Below, piece by piece: positions 21,663-31,406 of a stretch of DNA of 64,000 nt. The first letter of the stretch is position 1. Every line of letters begins with the position of its first letter. Source of the DNA: an uncultured Lachnospiraceae bacterium (GTDB taxonomy: Bacteria; Bacillota; Clostridia; Lachnospirales; Lachnospiraceae). The notes under the pieces were generated by a model, which did not search any database, was not told the DNA's origin, and was given only the letters and a program-made list of their open reading frames with translations. The translations under genes were made by a program, and so were the position numbers. Where the stretch lies: the NCBI GenBank assembly GCA_902775895.1, contig CACYNO010000008.1, positions 17,557-81,556 of the forward strand, written 5' to 3'.

Positions 21663-22235
21663 TTATTTTGTCAAATCGTTGAGTTGTGAGAACTCAAGCT
21701 GGCATCCGATAATAAATGTCACAGTCTCGTTTACGGCCTGATGTGTAGCTTCTATAAATTCATCTCCGCTTACACCGCTGTTCAGCCAGCGCTTTACCGC
21801 CGCAGCAAGACCTTCGCAAAAGAAGTCCTCGTAGCATTTCGCCAGATCCTCCGGTACATCAGGAAGCACACTCTCGCATATACCTGCCGCTATCGGTGTG
21901 ATCCCCTGGACGAAAGTATCGTGGAAGCTGTTCTGCCCGTCTGAGTCAAAGAGTTTTTTGTAAAATGACCTGTTCTCACTGAGATATGAAAAAAGGTTGT
22001 CGAAAAACCACACCATGTCATAACCTATGATGCGCTCTTTCTTTCCGAGAAACTCATAGTCAAATATCCAGCTGACAAGATCGTATTTATCCTTAAAATG
22101 GTAATAAAAACTCTTTCTTGTAAGACCACAGTCTTCACATATTTCCGCAACCGATATCTTGTCAAAGCGTTTCTCTTTCATTATCTTTTTAAGGCTTTCA
22201 GCTATAGCCTTTTTAGTGATCGTTGAATCTGCCAT
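21663..22235 (-). CDS. TetR/AcrR family transcriptional regulator
   Basis: N-terminal HTH (ISVAEICEDCGLTRKSFYYHFKDKYDL). Start set at the ATG with GGAGG 8 nt upstream. Confidence 0.85.
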   Translation of the reverse strand: MADSTITKKAIAESLKKIMKEKRFDKISVAEICEDCGLTRKSFYYHFKDKYDLVSWIFDYEFLGKKERIIGYDMVWFFDNLFSYLSENRSFYKKLFDSDGQNSFHDTFVQGITPIAAGICESVLPDVPEDLAKCYEDFFCEGLAAAVKRWLNSGVSGDEFIEATHQAVNETVTFIIGCQLEFSQLNDLTK

Positions 22236-22336
22236 AATTCCGACCTCCGTCATTCAAAAAAGTATACACTCGTCTGTTTTTTGGAAAAAAAGTAAAAATC
22301 ATCGCATTCTGTCACCTTGATTATAGCAGATTGAAA

Positions 22337-22370
22337 TAAAAAAAGCCATATTTCAAATTTGGAAATATGA
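22337..22370 (-). terminator. terminator after the aldo/keto reductase gene
   Basis: CATATTTC / GAAATATG stem followed by GCTTTTTTT on the minus strand. Confidence 0.5.
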
Positions 22371-22379
22371 CCGGTTTTT

Positions 22380-23498
22380 TTATAATCCCGCTTCTTTTAT
22401 CTTTTCCAGCTCACTGATAATATTGATATGCTGGGGACATGCTGCCTCACATGCGCCGCACTTCACACAGTCTGCGGCATGCTTTTTATTCTGTCCGTCT
22501 ACAAACCACTGTATCTGGGTATCAGCCTTTTCCTTATCATTGTATAACGTAAGAATATTCATCGCGGAGAAGGATCCGGATATCCCCACTCCCATGGGAC
22601 AGACTTTTGCACAGTAATCGCATGATGTACATGGTATGATCTGTATCTTACCGATAGCCTCTGAAGCTTTTTTCAGCACTTCCCTTTCAGTATCGGAAAG
22701 TCCGTTGAAGCCCTTCATAAATGAAAGATTATCCTCCATTTGCTCTGTATTGCTCATTCCGGACAATACCGTTATCACTCCATCCAGATCTGCTGCGTAT
22801 TTGATAGCCCAGGATGCGCAGGAAGTGTCCGGATCAGCATCCTTCAATATCTTTTTAACATCCTCAGGCGGCTCAGCAAGCAGTCCCCCCTTAACAGGCT
22901 CCATTATTATCATCGGCAGATTATATTTTCTTGCTACCTCATAGCATTTTCCTGACTGTATGGAAGGATTATCCCAATCCGCATAATTGATCTGAAGCTG
23001 GACAAACTCAGCCTGGGGATGTGCCTTTATTATATCCTCCAGCTCCTCAGCGTTAGTATGTGCTGAAAAGCCAACATGTTTGATCTTTCCTGCTTCTTTT
23101 TGCTCTACTGCCCAGTCCCAAAGTCCGAAATCATCAAACACTTTTGTTCTTGCCTGACCAAGATTATGCAAAAGATAAAAATCAAAATACCCGGCACCGG
23201 TCTGCTTCAGAGATGTTTCAAACTGGGCAACGGCATCTTCTTTTGTCTTGCAATTAATCCATGCTGCATTTTTTGTGGCAAGCTGAAAGCTTTCCCTCGG
23301 ATATCTTTCAACCAGTGCCTGCCTTATGGCATCTTCACTTCCTGGATAAGCCCATGCTGTGTCAAAATATGTAAAGCCCTCTTTCAGAAACATATCCACC
23401 ATCTGCTTAGTCTGCTCCAGGTCTATGACTCCATCCTTTTGTGGCAGACGCATAAGACCGAATCCCAGTTTTTTAATATCTTCTCCTAAAAATGACAT
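22380..23498 (-). CDS. aldo/keto reductase fused to a C-terminal 4Fe-4S ferredoxin-type domain
   Basis: AKR blocks (GFGLMRLP, FDTAWAY) and two CxxCxxCxxxCP motifs (CTSCDYCAKVCP, CVKCGACEAACP). Confidence 0.85.
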   Translation of the reverse strand: MSFLGEDIKKLGFGLMRLPQKDGVIDLEQTKQMVDMFLKEGFTYFDTAWAYPGSEDAIRQALVERYPRESFQLATKNAAWINCKTKEDAVAQFETSLKQTGAGYFDFYLLHNLGQARTKVFDDFGLWDWAVEQKEAGKIKHVGFSAHTNAEELEDIIKAHPQAEFVQLQINYADWDNPSIQSGKCYEVARKYNLPMIIMEPVKGGLLAEPPEDVKKILKDADPDTSCASWAIKYAADLDGVITVLSGMSNTEQMEDNLSFMKGFNGLSDTEREVLKKASEAIGKIQIIPCTSCDYCAKVCPMGVGISGSFSAMNILTLYNDKEKADTQIQWFVDGQNKKHAADCVKCGACEAACPQHINIISELEKIKEAGL

Positions 23499-23530
23499 AT
23501 CTCTTCCCTTTCTTTTATTTGAAAACAGTT

Positions 23531-24274
23531 TTACCAACGATCAGGTTCTATCAAAACAGCCCTCAGATAACCCGAAGTTCCAAAATCTCTTTTACCTGAT
23601 CCGAAACCTTCCTTTAAAATCCTGTAGGTTTGCGGCAACTCCCTGTCCGTGCGCAAAGCTGCCGCTATCGCCGCACCGGTAGGTGTAACCATTTCTCCAT
23701 GTACATCAGTTATATAAACCGTTATTTTATTGTCGCGGATAATACTGCTTACTGCAGGTACCGGCACTGGAAGTATCCCATGTTGACACTGCACTGTTCC
23801 TTTTCCGTCATAAAGGGATGTAACAACAGTACGCTCTATCCCGAGATCATCCATACACACCCCTACAGCAAGGATGTCTGCAATGGAGTCAATACCTCCT
23901 ACTTCGTGGAAATGAACTTCCGATTCCGATACGCCATGTACATCGGACTCCGCCTTAGCCAGTATGCTCACAATATCTCCTGCAATACTTTTTGCTCTGT
24001 CAGTTGCAGAACTTGAATTGATAACGTTCATAACATCCGAAGGATGTCTGTGTCTTTCAACTTCCTTATTTTCGAGTATAACATCAAAGTCCGTGCAAAG
24101 TACTCCGTTTTTTTCCATCTTTATTATCTTGATGATAAAATCTTTACTTTGAATACTCCCCAGAACCTCAGTCAGTTTATCGGCATCCGCACCAAGGTCT
24201 ATAAGCGCCCCCACCGCCATATCACCACTGATCCCTGCTGAGCAATCTAGATATAATATCTTTTCCATTTTCAA
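23531..24274 (-). CDS. larC: LarC-family nickel insertion protein, N-terminal (LarC1-like) part only
   Basis: ILYLDCSAGISGDM N-terminus typical of LarC/DUF111. Only 247 aa, ending where the CTP-binding C-domain would begin. Confidence 0.75.
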   Translation of the reverse strand: MKMEKILYLDCSAGISGDMAVGALIDLGADADKLTEVLGSIQSKDFIIKIIKMEKNGVLCTDFDVILENKEVERHRHPSDVMNVINSSSATDRAKSIAGDIVSILAKAESDVHGVSESEVHFHEVGGIDSIADILAVGVCMDDLGIERTVVTSLYDGKGTVQCQHGILPVPVPAVSSIIRDNKITVYITDVHGEMVTPTGAAIAAALRTDRELPQTYRILKEGFGSGKRDFGTSGYLRAVLIEPDRW

Positions 24275-24283
24275 CCTCTCTGT

Positions 24284-25102
24284 TTACAACACCTCGTTCA
24301 TGCTCCCGCTCCTGTAGCCTTCCAGATCAAGAGAAATATATTTGAATCCCAGTTTTTTTAATCCGGATACGATGTTCTGTCTTATCTTATCTTCCGTTAT
24401 TTTTTTTATTTCATCAGTTTCCGTCTCTATCCTTGCCATATCACCATGTATTCGAACGCGAACCTGCCTCAGTCCGGTGTCATGCAGTATTTTTTCGGCT
24501 TCTTCCACCATACTTAATTTTTTTACATTTATCTCTTCCCCGTAGGGAATACGGCTTGCAAGACAGGCGAGTGACGGCTTATCCCACGAAATAAGCCCTG
24601 CCTCTTTTGACAACATTCTTATCTCAGGTTTCGATAATCCCGCTTCTTTCAGGGGACTTCTTACGCCAAGCTCTGCAATCGCCTTCAATCCGGGTCTGTA
24701 ATCCCCATCATCGTCCGAATTGGAACCATCACAAACTATTTGAACATCATTTTCTTTTGCTGTTTTTTCCACTTTTTTAAATAAAGCTTTCTTACAATGG
24801 TAACAACGGTCCGTACTGTTTTCCCGAAACTCCTTAACGGACATCATATCTGCATCAATCAATATCTGCTTTATTTCCGCATTTTTGCAAAAATTTACGG
24901 CAGCATCTGTCTCAGCTTTCGGAAAAGCGGGAGAACTCACTGTAATAGCTAGAACATTTTCCTTTCCGAGGATTTCTGCTGCCTCATGAAGCAGGAATGA
25001 TGAATCCGCACCACCCGAAAACGCAACAGCCACTTTGTTAAAAGTTCTGATCACATTTTGTAGTTTTTCAAGTTTTTCAATGACATCCAGGTCCGTATCC
25101 AT
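24284..25102 (-). CDS. larE: ATP-dependent sacrificial sulfur transferase LarE
   Basis: 272 aa, PP-loop SGGADSS, conserved Cys region (LACLASR). Confidence 0.88.
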   Translation of the reverse strand: MDTDLDVIEKLEKLQNVIRTFNKVAVAFSGGADSSFLLHEAAEILGKENVLAITVSSPAFPKAETDAAVNFCKNAEIKQILIDADMMSVKEFRENSTDRCYHCKKALFKKVEKTAKENDVQIVCDGSNSDDDGDYRPGLKAIAELGVRSPLKEAGLSKPEIRMLSKEAGLISWDKPSLACLASRIPYGEEINVKKLSMVEEAEKILHDTGLRQVRVRIHGDMARIETETDEIKKITEDKIRQNIVSGLKKLGFKYISLDLEGYRSGSMNEVL

Positions 25103-25111
25103 ATTTCACCT

Positions 25112-25864
25112 CTACCTTTCAGTCCCGCAGGCAAGCCTGTTTATCTGGGTTGCAATGTATCCTGCACCAAATCCGTTGTCAATATTTACAGTCGCTATGC
25201 CGTTTGCACAGGAATTGATCATGGTAAGAAGAGCCGAAAGACCTCCGAATGACGCACCGTATCCCACAGATGTGGGGACCGCGACCACCGGCACACTCAC
25301 CATGCCGCTGATCACGCTTGCAAGAGCCCCTTCCATTCCGGCAACCGCAACTACACAGTAAGCCTTCTGTATGCTGTCCATTTTTGAAAAAAGCCGGTGG
25401 ATCCCCGCAACTCCCACATCAAATATCCTGTTCACATTACTTCCGAAAAATTCAGCGGTACATGCCGCTTCTTCCGCTACGGGGATATCTGCCGTTCCCG
25501 CAGTGCATACAACTATATTCCCTGTACGGATCTTTCCCGTTTCTTCATATTTTAAAATTTTCGAAACGGGATCATAGGTTATACCGGGTATTTCTTTTTT
25601 CACAAGCTCATACTGCTGTTCAGACGCTCTTGTCCCGAATACCTCACCTGTTTCTTCGATCATTTTTTTATAGATAGATACAAGATATTCGTCCGGTTTT
25701 CCCTGACAAAACACCACCTCCGCAAAACCTGTTCTCAGTTCCCTTTGCGTATCCGGTTTTGCGAATTCCATTTCCTCAAAAGACCGCTTTTTAAAAAAAG
25801 CGAGAGCCTCATCAATACTGAGTTCCCCGCTTTTCACTTTTTCCAACACATCTCTGCTCTGCAT
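25112..25864 (-). CDS. larB: nickel pincer cofactor biosynthesis protein LarB (NaAD carboxylase/hydrolase)
   Basis: 250 aa, AIR-carboxylase-like fold blocks (VAVAGMEGAL, PVVAVPTSVGYG). Confidence 0.88.
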   Translation of the reverse strand: MQSRDVLEKVKSGELSIDEALAFFKKRSFEEMEFAKPDTQRELRTGFAEVVFCQGKPDEYLVSIYKKMIEETGEVFGTRASEQQYELVKKEIPGITYDPVSKILKYEETGKIRTGNIVVCTAGTADIPVAEEAACTAEFFGSNVNRIFDVGVAGIHRLFSKMDSIQKAYCVVAVAGMEGALASVISGMVSVPVVAVPTSVGYGASFGGLSALLTMINSCANGIATVNIDNGFGAGYIATQINRLACGTER

Positions 25865-25887
25865 AAAAAAACCTTTATCAAATAAGC

Positions 25888-26673
25888 TTACGCTAAAGCC
25901 ACTTTTCCGCCGTCAATACGAAGTCCCATGCCGTTAATGTGACCGGACAGGTCGCTGGCAAGAAATACTGTGGCAGAGGCAACCTCTGCAGGGTCGGCGT
26001 ATTTACCGTCCGGATACTGAGCCGCAAATGTAGCAAGAGCCTGCTCCCTTGTATAGCCCTCTCCGAGCCACTGCTCCTCTATACGTCTCATCATTGGAGT
26101 ATCTACTGCTCCGGGACATATAGTATTTACGCGGATACCTTCTTTTGCAACTTCAAGAGCGACACATTTTGACAAACCGCCTGCTGCATGTTTGGAAGAA
26201 ACATAAGGTGCCATCCCGCCTGCAGCCACGAACTGTCCCTCACTGGTGATGTTTACAATAGAACCGTGTCCCTGCTTCTTCATCTGTGGAATAGCATACT
26301 TCATGCCGTACATAACGCCAAACACATTTATATCATATACCTGCATAAAGTCTTCTTTTGTAAGTTCTTCGATCGGCTTATAGCTTCCGTTGTCTCCTGA
26401 ATTGTTCACCATGGCATCTAATGAACCCCATTTTGCGATAGTGCTTTCTACAGCATCTTTAACCTGAGCCTCATTACTCACATCAACCACAAATGTAGCC
26501 ACATGATCCTCATCAAGACCAAGCTCTGCCACAAGGGCATCCAGCTTATCCTGAGAGCGTGATGTTATGGCAACTCGCGCCCCTTCCTCAGCAAAAGCCT
26601 TGGTTACTGCTTTACCGATACCTCCCGTAGAACCGGTGATAAAAACTACTTTGTCTTTTAAGTTTGAATTCAT
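25888..26673 (-). CDS. SDR-family oxidoreductase
   Basis: TGSTGGIG cofactor motif and YVSSK catalytic YxxxK. Start set at the ATG after a GAAAGGA RBS. Confidence 0.85.
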   Translation of the reverse strand: MNSNLKDKVVFITGSTGGIGKAVTKAFAEEGARVAITSRSQDKLDALVAELGLDEDHVATFVVDVSNEAQVKDAVESTIAKWGSLDAMVNNSGDNGSYKPIEELTKEDFMQVYDINVFGVMYGMKYAIPQMKKQGHGSIVNITSEGQFVAAGGMAPYVSSKHAAGGLSKCVALEVAKEGIRVNTICPGAVDTPMMRRIEEQWLGEGYTREQALATFAAQYPDGKYADPAEVASATVFLASDLSGHINGMGLRIDGGKVALA

Positions 26674-26781
26674 TTTTATTTTTCCTTTCAATCAAGATTA
26701 AAAACTTATTTTATACTATATTAGTGTATTCTCATTGAAAATAAAAGTGAAAGATTTATTAAACAGTTCAATCCTTTCCCT

Positions 26782-27216
26782 CTACTGCACCAGTTCACCA
26801 TTCCAAGTATTTATCCCGCCGAACTCCACGATATTGGCATATCCCAGTTCTGCCAGCTTCTCTGAAGCCTGTTTGCTGCGATTACCGCTTCTGCAGTATA
26901 CAAGGATAAGCTTATCTTTATCTTTCAAAAGATCTTTTGTCGTCTCTTCGCTTATTATCTCATTTGCGATATTTATAGCTTTCGGTATATGTCCTTCCAC
27001 ATATTCTGCTGCAGTTCTAACATCGAGGATAACGTAATCTTTTTCCGTTTCCATTAACTTTGCTGCCGCATCAGATGATATCTGTTTATAGCTTGCCCCG
27101 CCCTCAAAGGTGACCAATGTCTCCTCCTGCATATTTTCATTCGTTAACGCACAACCGGTAAGAGATGTAATCGCCAGTGCTGCAAGAATCATACCCGTAA
27201 AAAACTTCTTTTTCAT
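26782..27216 (-). CDS. rhodanese-domain lipoprotein
   Basis: Lipobox LTGC. Active-site loop CRSGNRS. Confidence 0.8.
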   Translation of the reverse strand: MKKKFFTGMILAALAITSLTGCALTNENMQEETLVTFEGGASYKQISSDAAAKLMETEKDYVILDVRTAAEYVEGHIPKAINIANEIISEETTKDLLKDKDKLILVYCRSGNRSKQASEKLAELGYANIVEFGGINTWNGELVQ

Positions 27217-27357
27217 TATCAGTATCCTCCTTTTATCTGCACCATAATACCACTTTTAAAAAGAGTTTTCTGTGACAGAGTTACATTCAATCTTAATTCC
27301 TAACATTAAAAAAGCCGCGTACAACGACACGACCTTTTTTGCTAAATTTTATGATCA

Positions 27358-28314
27358 TCAGTTACCGTCAGAAGTTACCATAGGGCTGTTTACGGCGCCT
27401 GCTCCGATCTTGTGCAGATAGGTCGACAGATCTTTATAATCCGCAGTCTGGGTAGCATCATTTGTATTCCACGGTGCATCTGTCGGGAAGATAGCTATAA
27501 ATCGCTTATTAACATTCTTGCCGATTCCCGCATCGCTATAGCTTGGCAGATTCTTATAGGAATCGTCATTTACGTCATACGCCTTTATGGTAACCAGTTC
27601 CCCGCCGTAGCCTTCCTGCTGCGCCGCCCACAGATAAAATGTAACGGAATCACCTGATGCGTCAAAACTGTATTTTTCGTTGTTGGGCATGGTTATCATG
27701 AAATCATTGAAATACAGATAGGCGATACTTCCGTCGCTTGATGTCTTGGTCTCCATTCCTTTCTTTATATCATAGGCACCGGATGCCTTTGTTGTTGCCG
27801 CAGTGGTCGCCGTAGTGGTCGCGGCTGTTGAGGCAGTTGTTGTAGCGGTTGTAGTTGTAGCCGCAGTAGTGTCTCCTGCACTCAGTCCGTCTATATACTT
27901 CTTCAGCGGAGCGAGATTATTTACCTTGTACCTCTTACCACTCTCTTCAACTAATATATCTCCCTCAAAGGAAAAGCTGACAGTCTTATTTCCGGCTTTT
28001 AACACAATACCAAGTCCGTCATCCTCTACTGCCTCTTCTGTCTCCTCAGTAGCGTCAACTTCTTTTAATCTCAGATAAATATCTTCTATCTGAGTAGCAT
28101 CTGTTAAGGTGTCTGTTTTTGCTCCTGCCTCTGTCGAACGCACATAATTAACAGACTCTATATCTGATACCGCGATGGACTCAAGCGTATCCATTGCCGG
28201 CCACTCCACACTGATAGCGGGTTTATCAGAACCTCCGCAGGCCGTGAGGGTTGCTGCCGCCCCTATAAAACCAGCTGCCATAATTGCATATATTTTTTTA
28301 AAATTCCTTTTCAT
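27358..28314 (-). CDS. lipoprotein of unknown function with Thr/Ala-rich linker
   Basis: Lipobox LTAC. Internal TTAATTTTATTTASTAATTTATTAATT tract. Confidence 0.6.
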   Translation of the reverse strand: MKRNFKKIYAIMAAGFIGAAATLTACGGSDKPAISVEWPAMDTLESIAVSDIESVNYVRSTEAGAKTDTLTDATQIEDIYLRLKEVDATEETEEAVEDDGLGIVLKAGNKTVSFSFEGDILVEESGKRYKVNNLAPLKKYIDGLSAGDTTAATTTTATTTASTAATTTATTAATTKASGAYDIKKGMETKTSSDGSIAYLYFNDFMITMPNNEKYSFDASGDSVTFYLWAAQQEGYGGELVTIKAYDVNDDSYKNLPSYSDAGIGKNVNKRFIAIFPTDAPWNTNDATQTADYKDLSTYLHKIGAGAVNSPMVTSDGN

Positions 28315-28393
28315 AACCGGTCTCCTTTCTCTGCATCTAAATAATAACCTTCCCTTTAATTATACCCCTTTTACAACATTAAAAAAATAACAA

Positions 28394-28696
28394 TTATTCT
28401 ATATAATCCATACACATCCTGCTCTTTACATTTGGAACTACCAGTTCGTCTTTAACCTTTACATGAGCAGGATGATCGGCGTAGACCTTTAACGCCGCCT
28501 CATCTTTAAACAGTGAATCCAGATAAAGATCTGCATTTGAGCTTGGGAGCGGCTCCGTTATTACCCGCATCTCCAGAAGTCCGGGGATCACACCGGCCAG
28601 TTCCTCAAGTGCTTCTTTTATCGCCTTCTTGGATCTGTCCCTTTCCTCTGCAGTCAGTTCATCCTTCATTTGCCACAATATAACATGTCTAAGCAT
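28394..28696 (-). CDS. Dabb-family stress-responsive alpha/beta-barrel protein
   Basis: 100 aa, MLRHVILWQMKD... start and ...HPAHV... block. Confidence 0.75.
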   Translation of the reverse strand: MLRHVILWQMKDELTAEERDRSKKAIKEALEELAGVIPGLLEMRVITEPLPSSNADLYLDSLFKDEAALKVYADHPAHVKVKDELVVPNVKSRMCMDYIE

Positions 28697-28722
28697 AATA
28701 AAAATCTCCTTTAAATATTATC

Positions 28723-30087
28723 TTATTTTTTCTTTAATGCTCTCTTTACAAGAACGATCGCCGCCACTGCCGATACGGCTTCGGCTATAGGTATGGCAAA
28801 CCATATCATCCATTCGGGATACGGTGTACGGCTGAATATATATGCTAACGGAAGAACTATCACAAGCATACGAAGCAGCGATACAATAAGAGAAGACATA
28901 CCGCAGTTTAATGCCTGGAATACCCCCTGAAGCGCCATATTGATCCCCACAAATATCATGCATGTGCCCACTATTCGCAAAGCTCTCACACACAGAACGG
29001 CAGAGTGTTCCGACACATCAAACATGGATACCAGATTCGGCGCAAATAGCTCAAACACAACAGTTCCTGCGATCATTACCACACTGCAGAAAATCACTCC
29101 GTACTTTACTCCCTCTTTTACACGTTTGTCATTTCCCGCGCCGTAATTATATGCAATGACCGGAGTGATAACATCTCTGAGTCCGAAAAGGGCGTACAAA
29201 AGAAACTGTTCTATTTTGAAAAAAATTCCGTAAGCAGTTACCGCCGCTACAGATACGGAACCAAAGATAAGATTTATGCCATAGGACATTACCGACAAAA
29301 GCCCCTGCATAATAATTGCAGGAATCGCTATGGAAAAGATGCCCTTTACGATCTCTCCTTCAGGCTTCAGGAAACGTGCTTCCCACGGCACCTCTTTATT
29401 CTTTCCGAAATGCAGCGCCATGGCAACTATCATGGATACCACCTGCCCGATAACCGTAGCCCAGGCAGCTCCGGATATGCCAAGTGCCGGAAAGCCCAAA
29501 AGCCCGAATATCATTACAGGATCCAAGACAATATTGGTCAGTGCACCGCAGACCTGGGCTATTGTTGAATATATGGTTTTTCCCGTGGACTGTAGCAGTT
29601 TTTCAAATATTCCGAAATATATCAGACCGAAGCTGACAAACATATTTATGCGGAGGTATGAACTGCACATGGAAATACTCACCTGATCATTTGTCTGTGA
29701 TCTTGTATAAAATCCCACCACAAAAAAACCAACGGCGATGAACATCAGGTAGAATAAAAATCCTAAGAACATCCCGTTGCCTGCTGTCTTCCCGGCTTTC
29801 TCAGGATTCTTTTCACCCAGACTCCTGGAAACCAGAGCATTTACACCAACACCTGTACCGATACCAAAGGCACCTATTATCATCTGCAGGGGAAAAGCAA
29901 GGGTCAGGGCATTTACACCGTACTCTCCCATGCCTGCTATTTCAGCTGTGTCAGGCATCCTTGAAACAAACACGCTGTCCACTATGTTATAGCACGCCTG
30001 CAGGAGCATGGATATGATCACAGGGATCGCCATCTTCAGCATAACCCCGGGTATCGGCTTAGTCCCCATTACATTTTCTCTGTCCAC
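28723..30087 (-). CDS. MATE family efflux transporter
   Basis: 454 aa, 12 predicted TM, MATE N-terminal pattern (PIPGVMLKMAIPVIISMLLQ). Confidence 0.9.
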   Translation of the reverse strand: MDRENVMGTKPIPGVMLKMAIPVIISMLLQACYNIVDSVFVSRMPDTAEIAGMGEYGVNALTLAFPLQMIIGAFGIGTGVGVNALVSRSLGEKNPEKAGKTAGNGMFLGFLFYLMFIAVGFFVVGFYTRSQTNDQVSISMCSSYLRINMFVSFGLIYFGIFEKLLQSTGKTIYSTIAQVCGALTNIVLDPVMIFGLLGFPALGISGAAWATVIGQVVSMIVAMALHFGKNKEVPWEARFLKPEGEIVKGIFSIAIPAIIMQGLLSVMSYGINLIFGSVSVAAVTAYGIFFKIEQFLLYALFGLRDVITPVIAYNYGAGNDKRVKEGVKYGVIFCSVVMIAGTVVFELFAPNLVSMFDVSEHSAVLCVRALRIVGTCMIFVGINMALQGVFQALNCGMSSLIVSLLRMLVIVLPLAYIFSRTPYPEWMIWFAIPIAEAVSAVAAIVLVKRALKKK

Positions 30088-30090
30088 GTA

Positions 30091-30447
30091 TCACTCCTCA
30101 TTTTTTATCTCTTCAATACTGATAACCCGTTCAATTTGCGGATAGTCCACATATCCAGCTACACCACCGTTAAGGAAAGTGACATCCGCAGTCAGCTTAT
30201 AATTCTTCCCATCTTCCAGCTCTTCGTAACCGGGAAACCCTGTTAGTTGATATTCCTTGTCTTTAGTATAAACTTTGCCATCCTGCACAAATATCTCAAG
30301 CTCTGCACCGCTTTTTGATTCGCTCCACATCTCGTCAGAACCCCTATGAGGATGATCTGTGGTTTCCGTACCGGAGGTTCCATTGCAGCCCGCAAGCGCA
30401 ATACTCATAAATGTAACGCAGGTTGTGATAATAAAAAACTTTTTCAT
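30091..30447 (-). CDS. small lipoprotein
   Basis: Lipobox LAGC; 118 aa; 3 nt upstream of the MATE gene. Confidence 0.55.
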   Translation of the reverse strand: MKKFFIITTCVTFMSIALAGCNGTSGTETTDHPHRGSDEMWSESKSGAELEIFVQDGKVYTKDKEYQLTGFPGYEELEDGKNYKLTADVTFLNGGVAGYVDYPQIERVISIEEIKNEE

Positions 30448-30453
30448 AACCTT

Positions 30454-30624
30454 CTATCTTTTCCTTCCTCTGATCGCTTTTACGATCGCCACGATGATAA
30501 ATATTATACCGATGATGATTATTATCGGCAATGCGATAAACATGGCTATTAATTCAAGCAAAAGGAACACTATAAAACCTATACAGGCAATCCCGATAAG
30601 AAATAAGAAAAATAATGAAATCAT
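30454..30624 (-). CDS. small hydrophobic membrane protein (start uncertain)
   Basis: Only the C-terminal about 56 aa of ORF 30454..30765 look protein-like (two TM, basic tail). Confidence 0.3.
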   Translation of the reverse strand: MISLFFLFLIGIACIGFIVFLLLELIAMFIALPIIIIIGIIFIIVAIVKAIRGRKR

Positions 30625-30815
30625 ATCTGTCACCGTTCTCTCGTAGGTATGGTCTAATAATACTACATTTAAACTTCCAAATGTTCTGTTATCATTTAAA
30701 TTATATCCCATTATAGAGGACGAAAAACCTCCCACTCTCAAATAAAAAGACAGATTGTGCAGCAATTGTATTAATGGTAATATTAATCGGTAATTTTTTA
30801 GACAGGTGATAAATC

Positions 30816-31388
30816 ATGAACATTGCAGAAGTTATTTTTATGGCGATAGCTCTTGCCATGGATGCTCTGGCGGTATCTATATGCAAAGGTATGACCATAA
30901 AAAAACTGACTATTGAACATACATTAAAATGCGGATTGTATTTCGGTGGCTTTCAGGCAGCCATGCCTATTGCGGGATATTTCATCGGCAAGACATTTGC
31001 AAATGTGATAAGTTCTTTTGACCACTGGGTGGTATTTGGGATACTGACTGCTCTGGGTCTGAATATGATCATCGGTGTCATACGCGAAAAGGAAGAAGAG
31101 AAAAAGAAGCACACGTCAGATTTCTCACATAAGACCATGTTTGTACTGGCAATCGCCACCAGCATTGATGCCATGGCGATAGGCGTATCTCTTTCCGTGA
31201 TGCAGTCAGGTATATGGATAAATGCAGGCATCATCGGAGCGATAACATTTGCAATAACGGCGATCGGAGTGTATGTTGGAAACCGGTTCGGAAATAAGTT
31301 AGGATCTAAGGCGGAACTGATCGGAGGATTTATACTGATCGGAGTGGGACTGAGGGTGCTCATAGAACATTTGATAACAGGTGCCTGA
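30816..31388 (+). CDS. mntP: manganese efflux pump MntP
   Basis: 190 aa, duplicated DUF204 halves with DALAVS / DAMAIG motifs. Confidence 0.88.
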   Translation: MNIAEVIFMAIALAMDALAVSICKGMTIKKLTIEHTLKCGLYFGGFQAAMPIAGYFIGKTFANVISSFDHWVVFGILTALGLNMIIGVIREKEEEKKKHTSDFSHKTMFVLAIATSIDAMAIGVSLSVMQSGIWINAGIIGAITFAITAIGVYVGNRFGNKLGSKAELIGGFILIGVGLRVLIEHLITGA

Positions 31389-31406
31389 TAATTCCCTGAT
31401 TCTAAA

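Noticed and set aside
27790-27880. GTNGTNGC-type periodic DNA repeat
   Set aside because: It encodes the Thr/Ala-rich linker of the lipoprotein at 27358..28314. It is a coding low-complexity tract, not an independent repeat element.
28718-28993. ORF 28718..28993 overlapping the 3' end of the MATE gene on the same strand
   Set aside because: It is an alternative frame of a well-supported transporter gene, with no RBS and no recognisable domain.
30625-30815. Expected a yybP-ykoY (Mn) riboswitch in front of mntP
   Set aside because: I could not find the conserved GGGGAGUAG and paired UUGACA/CAAGAC-type blocks on the plus strand. Only AT-rich sequence with two AGACAG words is present. An Infernal scan (RF00080) would settle it.
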